DNA of 64,000 bases from a virus (Duplodnaviria; Heunggongvirae; Uroviricota; Caudoviricetes): the IMG/VR virus record IMGVR_UViG_3300028805_000039, positions 63,852 through 127,851 of that record, one strand, 5' to 3'. A program made the translations under genes and the position numbers. The notes beneath the pieces are model-generated. The model saw nothing but the letters and a program-made list of their open reading frames with translations, had not been told where the DNA came from and searched no databases. Within the stretch, counting starts at the first letter, position 1; every line of letters begins with the position of its first letter. Below are positions 41,613-52,380 of this stretch, piece by piece.

Positions 41613-43226
41613 TCAATCAAAATTTCCTTCATTTTTAACTTCAATAGCACGAGCAACCCAAGCGGGCATATTTGCATAAGCATCATCTGTAGTGCTATCA
41701 AGATTATAGGTAGTAGTTTTAACTTCTTCTTCTTTCTTTTCAGAGTCATTTAAATCAAAACTTACTTTATTACGTACACAAATTACTGATAATTTAGCTT
41801 CAATTTCATCAAGGCTATATTTATCAATATTATCTACGCAATCTTTCTTTTGCTCACTATTAAGCATAAAGAAAGAATCAATTAATGCTTGTTTCTTTTC
41901 TTTATCAATACTATTCTTAAAATCACACAATTCTTTATTTTCATTAACTAATCGTGTAATAGTAGTATTTAATTCATTTACTTGAGCTTCAAGAGCAGTA
42001 TATTTATTTAATAACTCTTGATATTCAACTACTTCATCAAGACTATATTTAGTCTTGTTCTTTTTCTTTTCATCTTCTAATTCATCATTATTAGATTTTT
42101 TTTCATCGGCAGGGGTTTCTTCTTTTTTAGGGTCTTCTTTAGGAGACTATGAGTCTTCCTTCTTTTCAGGCTTTTTCTTCTCTTCAGTCTATTCTTCTTT
42201 AGATTTCTTTTCTTCTTCATCATTCTTTTTCTGTTTATATTCAATCTCAAAAGAATTTATATCTTCAAGAGTGAATTGAGAATTATCAAAAGAATCAGAA
42301 GAAAATTGAATAAGTTCGTCAGCAGGAATAAATTCTTCTGTGTCGGTTAAAGAGAAATTTAAACGAGAATAAGTAGAATCTTCACGATTTTGAAGAACTG
42401 CAAATTTTTGACCTTCAGTTTCCTCATAAACACCAACTAAACGATAAATTAATTCATCATTAGTTTTATAATTATTCCACATATAATCGTAAATTGCGTC
42501 CCAAAGACGACCACCAATTTCAACAGCATAAGTATTAAACACTGGTGTTCCTCCTTTATCATTACTCAAAATTTCTTTCATTGCCTCAATTAATGAGAAC
42601 AATCTTTGCTTAAAATTATCTTCAAAAGAAAATTGTACTTTAGAAATAGATGCTCCTTCAAAGCAGGGTTCAACATCTTCTCCTAAAACACAAAGCTTTG
42701 ACATAATTGCTTCATTAATAATGAAAAACTACGGCTTTCCATTATTATCTTTTGTCCAAAATGCATCTAAAGTATTATCATCTAATTCCATAGATTGATT
42801 ATTTCCATGTTCTATAATTCTTTGAGACTCTGGATATTGTCCAGTCCAAATATATCCCTCAGTTACTAAATATTCATGAGGTACTCCATCATCTTCAAAC
42901 CACTAAAACCAAACTTTAGCATCCATTGAAACAAAGCCATAAGGTCTAGTAGTATCTTTAATCTATATAGTCCCATTTGAAATTTCAATTGTTCTATTAT
43001 GTTCTTCAAAATCTTTTTTTTCAGAATTATAATAACCAACGATTGGGCAACCTGGAATAGAATTAGCGAATTCTTTAGCTACTTCTTTTGTAATTACACT
43101 TCTATTACGATTAGCCTATTGGCCTACATAGCATACTTTTATTTGACATTTTGAAATAAGAGGATTAACAGGTTTTATGTCTAATACTTCAATAGGCATA
43201 TCTACCATGTTTATACTAACATGCAT
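41613..43226 (-). CDS. Prohead protease/scaffold fusion, 537 aa (TAG=Gln)
   Basis: ATG 43226 after AAAGGAGG; N-terminal protease-like region (KVCYVGQ*ANRNRSVITKE...PGCPIVGYY, LCVLGEDVEPCF), a charged linker and a coiled-coil C-terminus; TGA at 41613. Confidence 0.75.
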
Positions 43227-43241
43227 GCTTGTCCTCCTTTC

Positions 43242-44873
43242 TTAGCTCATAGCTTCTTTATTTTTAATAGTTTTTTCAGATTTTTCATCATCTGGTTTTT
43301 CTGGTCTACCACCAGTACTTTTACTATCTGATATTTTTTGAGTTTTATTAGAATTATTTTGATTTTTTGTGCCCAAAATATCTTGTCCACTAACAGTATT
43401 ACTACTCAATGGAGGAATCATCAAGTTAGGCAAATCAAGTATTTCATTTTCAAAATATGCTAAATTAACAACTGAACTCTATGAATGACCAAGAGCAACC
43501 ATAGGTAAAAATTTAGACTAACCATTAGAAGTTAAATCTTTATACATTTTTGAAATATCTTTATAATTATACTAAGTGGTTTCAAGCATCACAAAAGTAA
43601 AATTAAACTTTTTATTACTACTTTTTTTATCTACTAATTTATTAAAAAATATATCAAACTATAAAATTAAATTGCGCATAGTAGATTCATCATCTAAAAT
43701 AGATTTTTCTAATGATAAATTGCCATCAGTATTAAATAAATTTCTTGAAATACCAAGAGCATCATATAAAGCTCTTTCAACTTTTGCTAAATCATCAGTT
43801 TTAGTAGTAGTATTCTTATCACTAATATCAATAGATTGTACATCAGCAAAAGTAGTTACTACATCAATACCGATAGCTTTACTTAACATAGCAACCATAG
43901 TATTATGTATATCTCTTGCTTCATCAACATCAAATATTAAATCACCATTTTTATCCATAGGTAATTTCTGTACTAAAATTTTTAAAAGCTGTTGCATCTA
44001 TTTCTTTCTATCTAATTCCTAAGCAGCATCTAAATCAATAATAGCAGGAATTGCATTAAAGAAAATAGGGAAATCACTTCCATTAATATTAAATTTAACA
44101 GTACTGCCTGGATCTAAAAGATACCAACCTTGGCGTCCTTGATAAGTCCCAGTATTATTATCTGTCCAATCTATTTCAGTATTTGTAAGTTTACCCTATT
44201 TATAGAGCATATATCCTTTTGCAAATTCTTCTGGGAACATTCTTATAACTTTTATTCTATAAGCTGGATCAACAAATTTATCATCAAAAAATGCCATATT
44301 AAATTCAATGACTGGAGCACCTTCAACATTGAATCTGGAACGACAATATTCTAATGGAAGTTCTTGCAATACAACGCCTTTTGCACTATTAATTATATAT
44401 CCATAATAACAACCATGTTTTACGACTTTAAGTGCTATATCGCCACAAATTTTTTTAATATAAGAATTATCTAAATATGATAAAATCTTTACATATTCTT
44501 CTAATACTTTATCAGTTTTAGCATTCTCTTTAACATTTTCTGGATAAATATACCAATCATATCTATAAAGAAATGCAAAATAATTACAAACTGTCTAATA
44601 AATACCACTAGCATTATAAAAAAAATCTGAAATAATTCTCATTTTTTTATAATCCTTCTTAATAATAGTTGCTAATATTTCTTTTTTATTACAAAAAGGT
44701 AATTTAGCTTCTTTTAATGTACCTAAATCTAATAAAGCATCTTCTAATACTTTTACTCCAACTTTTATTTTTCCATAATCAGTAATATTTTCATTATTAT
44801 CTCCTGTGGGAAAACCAAAATCAAATAAATCAAAGCCTTTATTATGGATAGCTTCTTGTCTTTCAATATCCAA
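43242..44873 (-). CDS. Portal protein, 543 aa (TTG start, TAG=Gln)
   Basis: Fragments at 44595, 43659 and 43242 are in frame; lies between terminase and protease; C-terminal GGRPEKPDDEKS typical of SPbeta-like portals. Confidence 0.8.
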
Positions 44874-44887
44874 AATACTATCCTCCT

Positions 44888-45244
44888 TTAATAGCCAGCT
44901 TTATGCATTATATAATCATAAGTAATTAAATTTTCTTCAGTATAAGGAATTTCAATTAATTTTAAATCATGTAATGCACAAAATCTACGCTTCTTATTAT
45001 CATTATATTTTTGCTAATAAAATCCTTTTTTCCCACCAAATTTCGCAGTAGGTTCATAATGCTATTTTCCTTGATATTCAATAATAAAATCAATTTTTCC
45101 ATCATCATCAAATATTACGAAATCAAATCTAAGTGGACGGCCATTATCACTTCGGAGTTCTGGAAAAATATATTCTTCTTCAAAAGTTAATCCAGCTTCA
45201 TCTAAAATTTCTTCAATCTTTATTTCACCTCTACTAGATCGCAT
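44888..45244 (-). CDS. Small PD-(D/E)XK-type (DUF559/Vsr-like) endonuclease, 118 aa (TAG=Gln)
   Basis: LRFDFVIF...IIEYQGK*HY...DNKKRRFC...LIEIPY motif pattern; the TAG at 45062 reads through to TAA at 44888. Confidence 0.65.
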
Positions 45245-45258
45245 TTTCCTTTCCCCCT

Positions 45259-47016
45259 TTAACTTATAAACATCATATCAGTAACTTTAAATTTTTTCTT
45301 TTTCTTTTTACTATCTTCTTCAATTTTTATATAATATAAACCATATTCTGCCGCAGAAAATTTATCTTTCTTAATTCCTTTATTAGCCTATTTTAAAATA
45401 ATATTAACCCCTTCATTCTCTTCTCTAAGATTCATCATTTCCTCTTTAAGAATGGAAGTTAAAGTAAATGGTTTTAAATATTCTGCCCTCTTTTCAGGAG
45501 TCATTTTCTATCCAGCTTTTGTATTTAATAATTTAGCTTTAGCTACTCTTTCATCAATTAATAATTTAATTTTTCCAGCATTTAACATTGTCTAAAAATT
45601 AGCATGAGCTTCAGTATTTTCTGGAGCGTGAGCTTTCATTAAATACATAGCTTCTTCTTCTGTCTCATTAGTATGAAATTTTTTATATTCATCAATAGCG
45701 TCAGCCTAAGTTCCCCCATAAACTCCGAAGTCGGGAAAATCTTCTTGCGTTTCATTATCATGCTATGGTTTAACCATATAATCAACAAGACCCATACCAA
45801 TACCATTAGCATCAATAACAATTCTACGAGCTTTATATTTATAATAAAGTCTTTTAACTTTAATAGCCTAATCCTCCATATGGGTATCTGCCATTGTATA
45901 AATATTTACTAATGATTTAATTGATGGCCCCATTGACTATGGAGTTACTTTCCAAACACAAACAACACTATCACATCCTTTTCTACCAACGTCCATAGAA
46001 AGGATATAATAACTTTTTGTTGACGAACGACCAGATGATTCATATTCTGGTTGATTTAATATTCTATGTTTATCAAAAGTTTCTCCATTAAAGAAAGCAT
46101 TTTCTGCTGTACCGCTCCATTTACTTTCATATTCACGATCAAATGAAGCTTCATTATAAGTACCATCTCGTTGTAAATCTTGTAGAAATGTTCTATCTAA
46201 TAATTTCATTAATACTGGTATTCGCCAAGTACCACCCATAATAAATGCTTTTTCTGGTTCAGTTATCATCCAAACTAATAACTAAATTAATTTATCATAG
46301 GCAAAAGTCCCTTTCCAACCAGCAGTAGTAACATATATCTAACTTTTATTTAATGTTTCTTCTGGATATGACTATCCATCCATTGCCAATCTTGAAACGT
46401 TCATTGTAGGAATAATAACTTCTGAAAGAATTTGTCCATCAACACCAACACATTCTTCTATTAATCCGCCATGACGACGTTTACCACGAGACTTTTCTGT
46501 AGCGGCAATATTATCAAAATATGAACCATTTTTAAACATAAAAATACAATAATCTTTACTTATTCGTGTTTTACCAGGCCGATGATCTAATTCTTTATCT
46601 AAAGCTGGAATTAATCTACAAAGTTCATCTACTTTTTCTTTAATAATACCAGCAGCCTATTCTTTACCACCAGAAGTAACAAATAATTTTGCTCTTGGAT
46701 AAAGAATACAACGAATCATTAAAACTAACACAGAAAGAAATGATTTTGAATATGCACGTGGGAATACCATATAAACATATTTATACCGCATAGCCGCACG
46801 TAAAAATACTCTTTGATAAAAGAAAAAATGTAATCCATCATCTGGAATTTTACCATCTAATCCAGTCTATAAAAAATCAACAAACATATCAGGATATTCA
46901 CGCCAATAACTTACATACTATCTAATGTAAGGTTTTAATGGTGTAATACGCTCTTCTGATATACCAATTTTTCTAGTACTAGATGATGATAAATTTAGTA
47001 AATCTTGTAATGCCAT
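45259..47016 (-). CDS. terL: Terminase large subunit, 585 aa (TAG=Gln)
   Basis: Walker A-like VFPRAYSKSF, Walker B GGLIEEC, coupling motif IYVTTAG, and RNase H-like nuclease ILSMDVGRKG; TAA at 45259. Confidence 0.9.
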
Positions 47017-47017
47017 T

Positions 47018-48244
47018 TTAGATTAAAATTTCATCATTGTCAAGTAATGATGCTATATATTCTTCATCATCAATAGCTTCATCATCAACAAGTTCTTTCA
47101 ATTGCTAAAAGTCTTCGTCATTTAAGAAGGCTTTTTCATCTTCATCAAAGAGTTCGGCTTCAAATGCATCATCATCGCCAGCAGCATCAGCATCACGCAT
47201 TGCTTCTTTTTCTTTATCTAATTGAATTTGTTTGACAGCACCTTCAATTAAATTACCAAGATTCATTTCTTCTGTTATTAATGTTCTAGTATATTTCTAT
47301 AAATCCTATAAAGTTCTATCTACTTTATCTTGAGGGCCATCTGTATAATAGCGAGGGAAGAAGCCATCTCGTTCACACATGGCAATTAATTCACTGATAG
47401 AATCAACCGCATTGCCACTATCAGTTTTATTTTGAGCCGCAGTAAATTTACCACTTTTCATTAACATATCATACATTTTACTAGCCTTCTGGGCGCCATC
47501 AATATCGCCCATATCTAATAGCTAATTCGTTTTTAAAGATGTTTTACAAATCATTTTTAATGTATCAATATGTCCAGCAGATTGGATATCATAAGACTCC
47601 ATCATATCATTATAAAGTTTTTCTAAATAAATCCATTCGTCTGGTTTATAAGTTTTACCCCATTTTATTTTAAGTGCTAATTTTTCTTCATCGGTCAATG
47701 AATCAACTATTACATCATCATCTGATTCATTTGGCTCGGTTATCTCAAAATCCTAATATACTGGTGGGGGAGATGGAGCATTAAAATTTTCTTCCTCATC
47801 TTTATTGATTAAACCAGCTTCTGCTACTGCTTTATCAATTTCTTGAATATCATATCCTTGGCGCTTCATAGCTTCTTCAATTTTATGAGCGGCTAATTCT
47901 TGAAGATAAGCAGTATCTTTCCATCGATATTGCTTAAACTATTTAAGTTTCATTTTAGAAATATAGCGGCCCATAATTGTAGTTCCTGTCACAGACGCTT
48001 TATCTCTACCATATGAAAGTAATAATTTATTCCATTCTTCTGGAACATATGGAACATCACATTCTTGCAATATCCATAAAAATGTATCCGGATTCCAATT
48101 ATCTACATGCATAGTAATACAATCTTTACACATATTAAGTCGGCCTGCCGGATATTTAATTAAATCATTTGAAGTATAAAAATTATCTTCATTTTTTGTT
48201 CTTTTGCACTTTTCACAAAAGCGCTATTCTTTTGATCTTGGCAT
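47018..48244 (-). CDS. Zn-finger protein upstream of terL (candidate terminase small subunit), 408 aa (TAG=Gln)
   Basis: ATG 48244 after AAAGGAGG; CxxC...CxxC N-terminus and acidic C-terminus; fragments at 47939 and 47306 are in frame. Function inferred from position. Confidence 0.6.
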
Positions 48245-48320
48245 AACTCAGCCTCCTTTTATATTCATCACAAAAGGCTGGAATTAACTAACAACTTTTG
48301 CCCTAAAAAATTTTTTTTAT

Positions 48321-48626
48321 TTATTTTTCATTAAAATAAATACTATCTTCAAAATGAAATCCAATAAATCCTTTTAATTGCATTTTACTTACATATCTTC
48401 CAATATTAATAGTATTTGGGTGGTATTCATTTAATTTATTCCATTCTTCTTGTATAAATGGAATATCTAGTTCTTTACAAATTTCTAATATATTATCTTT
48501 AAAATTATTTTTTATACATTCTTTACAATAATGGCTACTTCTAATTAAATGTTTACCTTCAGTATAATGTAAATAAAAATCTTTTAAATCTTTATATGTA
48601 TTACATAATTTACAATATTTTTCCAT
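48321..48626 (-). CDS. Small CxxC/CxxC Zn-finger protein, 101 aa, TAG-free; paralogue of the N-terminus of 47018-48244
   Basis: Shared motifs C..C...K....FY, C..CI, LDIPFIQEEWNKL versus CDVPYVPEEWNKL, and GRYVSKMQLK versus GRYISKMKLK. Confidence 0.75.
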   Translation of the reverse strand: MEKYCKLCNTYKDLKDFYLHYTEGKHLIRSSHYCKECIKNNFKDNILEICKELDIPFIQEEWNKLNEYHPNTINIGRYVSKMQLKGFIGFHFEDSIYFNEK

Positions 48627-48701
48627 AAAAAAACCTCTAATTAAAATTTTTCTTTTAATTCACTTAATAACTTTTGCCCAAGCGCATCTTTATTCCTAGC
48701 C

Positions 48702-49760
48702 TCATTTTTTCTTATTTCGGCAGCATTTACAGATGGAATAAAAGCCATCCTTACTGGTTTTATTTTTACTAAAATATTTGTTATGCGCCAATTTAACTTG
48801 ACCGCATCTACTGCATCGTTTAAATTTTCCGGGTTTTACTTGGGTATAATACCAATTTAAATATTCATCCTCAGCAGCGGATGCTATTAATGTTGGAATT
48901 TTACGACGCCATAAACTGGAAATATATTCAACGCTATGTTTTATACCGAATTCTTGTTGGAGAGCTATTTGAATATCTATATTTTGCATTCCATCAATTT
49001 TATATTCAACAAGTCGTTTATACAATGGATAAGCTTCTAATGCTTTGTCGCATATCTATTCAAAATCATAAATTAAATACCACATATCATTTTCAAAATA
49101 ACCCCAGCTATCTTCTTTTAGTTTTGAATAATTACATAAAATACCAGAACAAACAGCTGGGTCTATTAAAGTAATTCCTTTAGAAATTAAATTATCATCA
49201 TTATCAATTTCTATATCTCCTTCTAATGGAATAACATTTTTTGAATGAGTAATTTTTGTAAGAGTAATTGGTCTACGATATGCATTTTTAATTATATATT
49301 GATCTTTACGCAGTTCAATTAAAGTAGATTTAATAATATAAGCCTATCTACCTTCTGCTGTTTTTAATTTAGTTTCCCAAATATTTATGGCTTCTTTTAA
49401 TTGTTGTAAAGGTTGTATTTCTTCTATATCTTTTTTTGTTATTGTTATTTTTGGCTAAAATATAATATTTTTATTTTCTGTTATTAAATTATAAATTCCG
49501 TCTTCGCCATTTTCAAATTGGGACACAAGCCCTTCAAAAGAGGTTTCTCGTTTATTTACAGTAGTCATACGGTTGTCAGTTAAAATTTTTCGTTCTTTAC
49601 GCTCTTGTTTCTCCATACATAAAATGAGATAATCAGCCATAATTTCTAAGTATTTTTCTCCTGGGTCTGGATTTTCTTGTAAAATTTGTTTGATTAATTC
49701 ATTTCTATCTTCTGGGTTGTCAAGCGTATAGTCTAATTTAATCAAATTATCAACCTCCAC
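48702..49760 (-). CDS. Putative DNA-binding regulator with HTH-like region and C-terminal Zn finger, 352 aa (TAG=Gln)
   Basis: Fragments 49455-49760 and 48702-49025 are in frame; contains an HTH-like YKIDGMQNIDIQIAL...SVEYISSLWRRKI and CSRC...CKCC. Confidence 0.65.
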
Positions 49761-49781
49761 TTAACGATTTCTCTATCATAG

Positions 49782-49832
49782 ATTATACTAAAAAATTTTT
49801 TGTTTGACAAATTTTTAAAAAAATTATATAAT
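49782..49832. promoter_or_regulatory. Back-to-back sigmaA promoters with overlapping -35 boxes
   Basis: Plus strand: TTGACA 49804-49809, 17 bp, TATAAT 49827-49832. Minus strand: TTGTCA 49810-49805, 17 bp, TATAAT 49787-49782. Confidence 0.75.
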
Positions 49833-49871
49833 ATTATTAGAAAAAATATATAAAAAAGAGGTTAAAAAAAA

Positions 49872-50126
49872 ATGAAGTTGATAAAAGAAAATACTACTCG
49901 TAAAGTTGATACTCTCGGCAGAGTTAGTATTCCGAAAGGAATGCGAGATAGACTTGATATTAAAGATGGCGAAGAAATGGATTTTTATTTATTGGAAGAT
50001 GATTGCGGAAATCAATATGTTGCATTAACAAAACAAATTGAAGATAATAATAAATATATTGTTGCCGCAAATGTTTTAAAAGAACTTAATTTAGAAGTAC
50101 CAGAAAAACTAGAGGAATTAATTTGA
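49872..50126 (+). CDS. AbrB/MraZ/SpoVT-family DNA-binding protein, 84 aa
   Basis: TTRKVDTLGRVSIPKGMRDRLDIKDGEEMDF matches the swapped-hairpin AbrB signature. Confidence 0.85.
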   Translation: MKLIKENTTRKVDTLGRVSIPKGMRDRLDIKDGEEMDFYLLEDDCGNQYVALTKQIEDNNKYIVAANVLKELNLEVPEKLEELI

Positions 50127-50467
50127 TTTATACTAGTTATTTTAGTAATTATAAAAATTTTCCTCAAAATTTTATTCCTATTGGAATAACTCGTTATCCT
50201 CCTAAAAATTGGAAAGGAATTAATTTAGATATATTAGCGCCAAGTGAAAAATTATTAAAAATGTACAAGAATAAAGAAATAGATGAATATATTTTTAAAA
50301 AAAGATATTTTAAAGAATTATCTGATAAAAATTTAACGCCGGCAAACGTGCGACAATAGCTTGAAAAATTTGGGAATATTATTCTATGTTGTTATGAAAA
50401 ATCAGATGATTTTTGTCATCGACATCTTTTGGTTGAATGGCTTGGCGAAGGATAGGAGTTACCGTAA
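50123..50467 (+). CDS. DUF488-like protein, 114 aa (two TAG read as Gln)
   Basis: MIYTSYF...GITRYPP...LAPS; the family motif LCCYEKSDDFCHRHLL lies downstream of the TAG at 50357; TAA at 50465-50467. Confidence 0.75.
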
Positions 50468-50646
50468 AATCGAAATGAAAAATCATTTAGAAATTTTTTA
50501 GGTCAGACCAAATGATTTTGTGTATAAAAAAATTTTTTTATCCTGAAACTATACGCCCCCCATTTTATTCTCAGTAAATATCTACAAAAAGTATTGGATA
50601 TTTTTCTGAAAAAATTTTAATAGTAATGAATGAACACCCCTTATTT

Positions 50647-50681
50647 GCTCGCCCCGCTGACAGCCAAAGCGGGGCGAGTTT
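50647..50681 (+). terminator. Strong GC-rich hairpin in the long intergenic region
   Basis: CTCGCCCCGCT-N9-AGCGGGGCGAG, an 11-bp stem followed by TTTCG; the U-tract is short. Confidence 0.45.
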
Positions 50682-50714
50682 CGCATTGTTTCCAGTTCGT
50701 AAATTTTTACGCCA

Positions 50715-50880
50715 AAATGTTACAAAAATGTAACAGACCGTTACATCCTGTAACCAAGAGGACTAAACATACATTTAATTAACTTTTATTACAAAATAGT
50801 TACAATAAATAACTCTATTGTAACCAAGAGTATCAAACACATGTTTAGTTATTTTAATTTACAAAATAGTAACAAATTAA
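50715..50880. repeat. Cluster of GTTAC/GTAAC motifs and an imperfect ~60-bp direct repeat
   Basis: TGTAACCAAGAG...TTACAAAATAGTWACAA occurs at about 50749 and about 50819; GTTACAAAAATGTAAC at about 50719. Confidence 0.6.
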
Positions 50881-51396
50881 TTAAAAAAATGACAAATTAA
50901 AAAAATAAATTCTTTAATACACTAAATCGTAAAAAAGCCAGTCAAATACTAAATTAACATTATTCTTTAACACATTAAAGTAATAAAAAACCAAGAGAGA
51001 TAATAGTAACAATGTATCATCAAATAATTGCGCAATAGGCGAGATAGATAAAGAAGCTTCACAAAGCAAGGCAGAGACATTCGTCAAGCCTATACGTTAG
51101 CATAACACAACAAGACTATGAATAAACAATAAGACAAAAGAGTAGATAAACAACAAACTAAATACGATAGTAATAGTAATACATTAATTATTATAATAAT
51201 TACAAAAGAAAAACATTGACAAACAGCACCACTTGTGGTATAATAGAAGTGGTGCCTTGCGATAAGGTAAGCGGCGACCTTTGTTAAAAAAATAACAATC
51301 TTTTTTATAAAAAAACTCTTGACATTTGCCCGGGCTTGTGATATTATAATACCAGAAAGAGAGAGATAAATAAATTAAAAGAAAGAGGTAAACAAA

Positions 51397-51624
51397 ATGA
51401 AAGAGATTAAGTACGCAATTCACAATAACAAGAATGAGGTTGTTGATTGGGCTAACACCGAAGCAGAAGCAGAAGCACTTGTCAAGAAAGCCGCTAAAAG
51501 AGGCTGGAAACGCACCATTCACAAAATCGAATGGACGATCAATGAAAACCCTGAAATCTGGGAACTCGAAGGTGGCAAGGAAGATCCCACCAAGGTGGAA
51601 TGGGGCAATAATGAAGAGTGGTAA
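51397..51624 (+). CDS. Early hypothetical protein, 75 aa
   Basis: Own promoter, GAGG RBS, TAA stop. Confidence 0.75.
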   Translation: MKEIKYAIHNNKNEVVDWANTEAEAEALVKKAAKRGWKRTIHKIEWTINENPEIWELEGGKEDPTKVEWGNNEEW

Positions 51625-51690
51625 AAACCACTCTTCTTTTTTTATAAAAAAACTCTTGACAGATTGGCACATCCATGTTATAATACAATC

Positions 51691-51738
51691 ACAGGTTGAG
51701 GGAAACCACACGCGGGTAGTCGAGGGGAGAGACTAACT
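51691..51738 (+). ncRNA. 48-nt structured repeat element, copy 1 (putative small RNA/leader)
   Basis: Starts about 7 nt after TATAAT; GGTT-GAGGGA-AACC, AC-ACGCGG-GT, AGTC-GAGGGGAGA-GACT; no ORF. Confidence 0.65.
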
Positions 51739-51846
51739 AAATAGTAACAAAAGAAAAACAAAAAGTTTCTAAAAATAGTTGTTGACAAATAACATCCTTT
51801 GTGCTATACTATAATCACAAAGGGAAGAGAAAAGGAGATAACAAAG

Positions 51847-52155
51847 ATGATTAACATTAGAACTATCAACAAACTCACTGAGAATGATGGACTTACTCTT
51901 AAAAATGGTAAGCTTATCACTTACAAAAGCGGTTGGCAGGTTGCCACCGAGGGCGTAGAGTGCCACACCGCACGGGAAGCCATTAACGCGGTTAAGGCTT
52001 ACGGCGGTAACTGTGGGGTGTGGTTCGCTGGTGGTATCTACTACATCGACAAAAGCCACAGAGTCAATACCAAGCGCGAGGCGCTTGAAATTGGCAAAGC
52101 TCATAATCAAATCTCTGTTCTGGGCTGGCGTAAAATGGTTTTAGCGTACTGCTAA
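51847..52155 (+). CDS. Early hypothetical protein, 102 aa
   Basis: ATG 51847 after AAGGAG (the track start at 51799 lies inside the promoter). Confidence 0.75.
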   Translation: MINIRTINKLTENDGLTLKNGKLITYKSGWQVATEGVECHTAREAINAVKAYGGNCGVWFAGGIYYIDKSHRVNTKREALEIGKAHNQISVLGWRKMVLAYC

Positions 52156-52218
52156 AACCATTTTATTTTTTATAAAAAAATACTTGACAAGTCAATCTAT
52201 CTATGCTATAATACAATC

Positions 52219-52266
52219 ACAGGTTGAGGGAAACCGCACTCGGGCAGGAGAGGGGAAGGACTGACT
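52219..52266 (+). ncRNA. 48-nt structured repeat element, copy 2
   Basis: Own promoter; GGTT-GAGGGA-AACC, GC-ACTCGG-GC. Confidence 0.65.
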
Positions 52267-52380
52267 TAAAAGTAACAAAAGAATGACAAAAAATTTTTCT
52301 ATTTTTTTTGAAAAAATGCTTGACAAATCGCCCGGGCTTTGCTATAATACAATCAGAAAGAACAAGGGAGGACAAAAAAA

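Noticed and set aside
1158-49174. Plus-strand track ORFs in the late region (for example 1158, 14335, 22670, 29367, 34647, 39798, 43576, 48881) and off-frame minus ORFs (3676, 6430, 34385, 39776, 40265, 41093, 45639)
   Set aside because: They are antisense or out-of-frame shadows of real genes, with no RBS and implausible composition.
1-49760. Mass pseudogenisation or frameshifted assembly of the structural module
   Set aside because: Breaks are at TAG, frames are preserved across kilobases, and essential motifs are intact; recoding explains this better.
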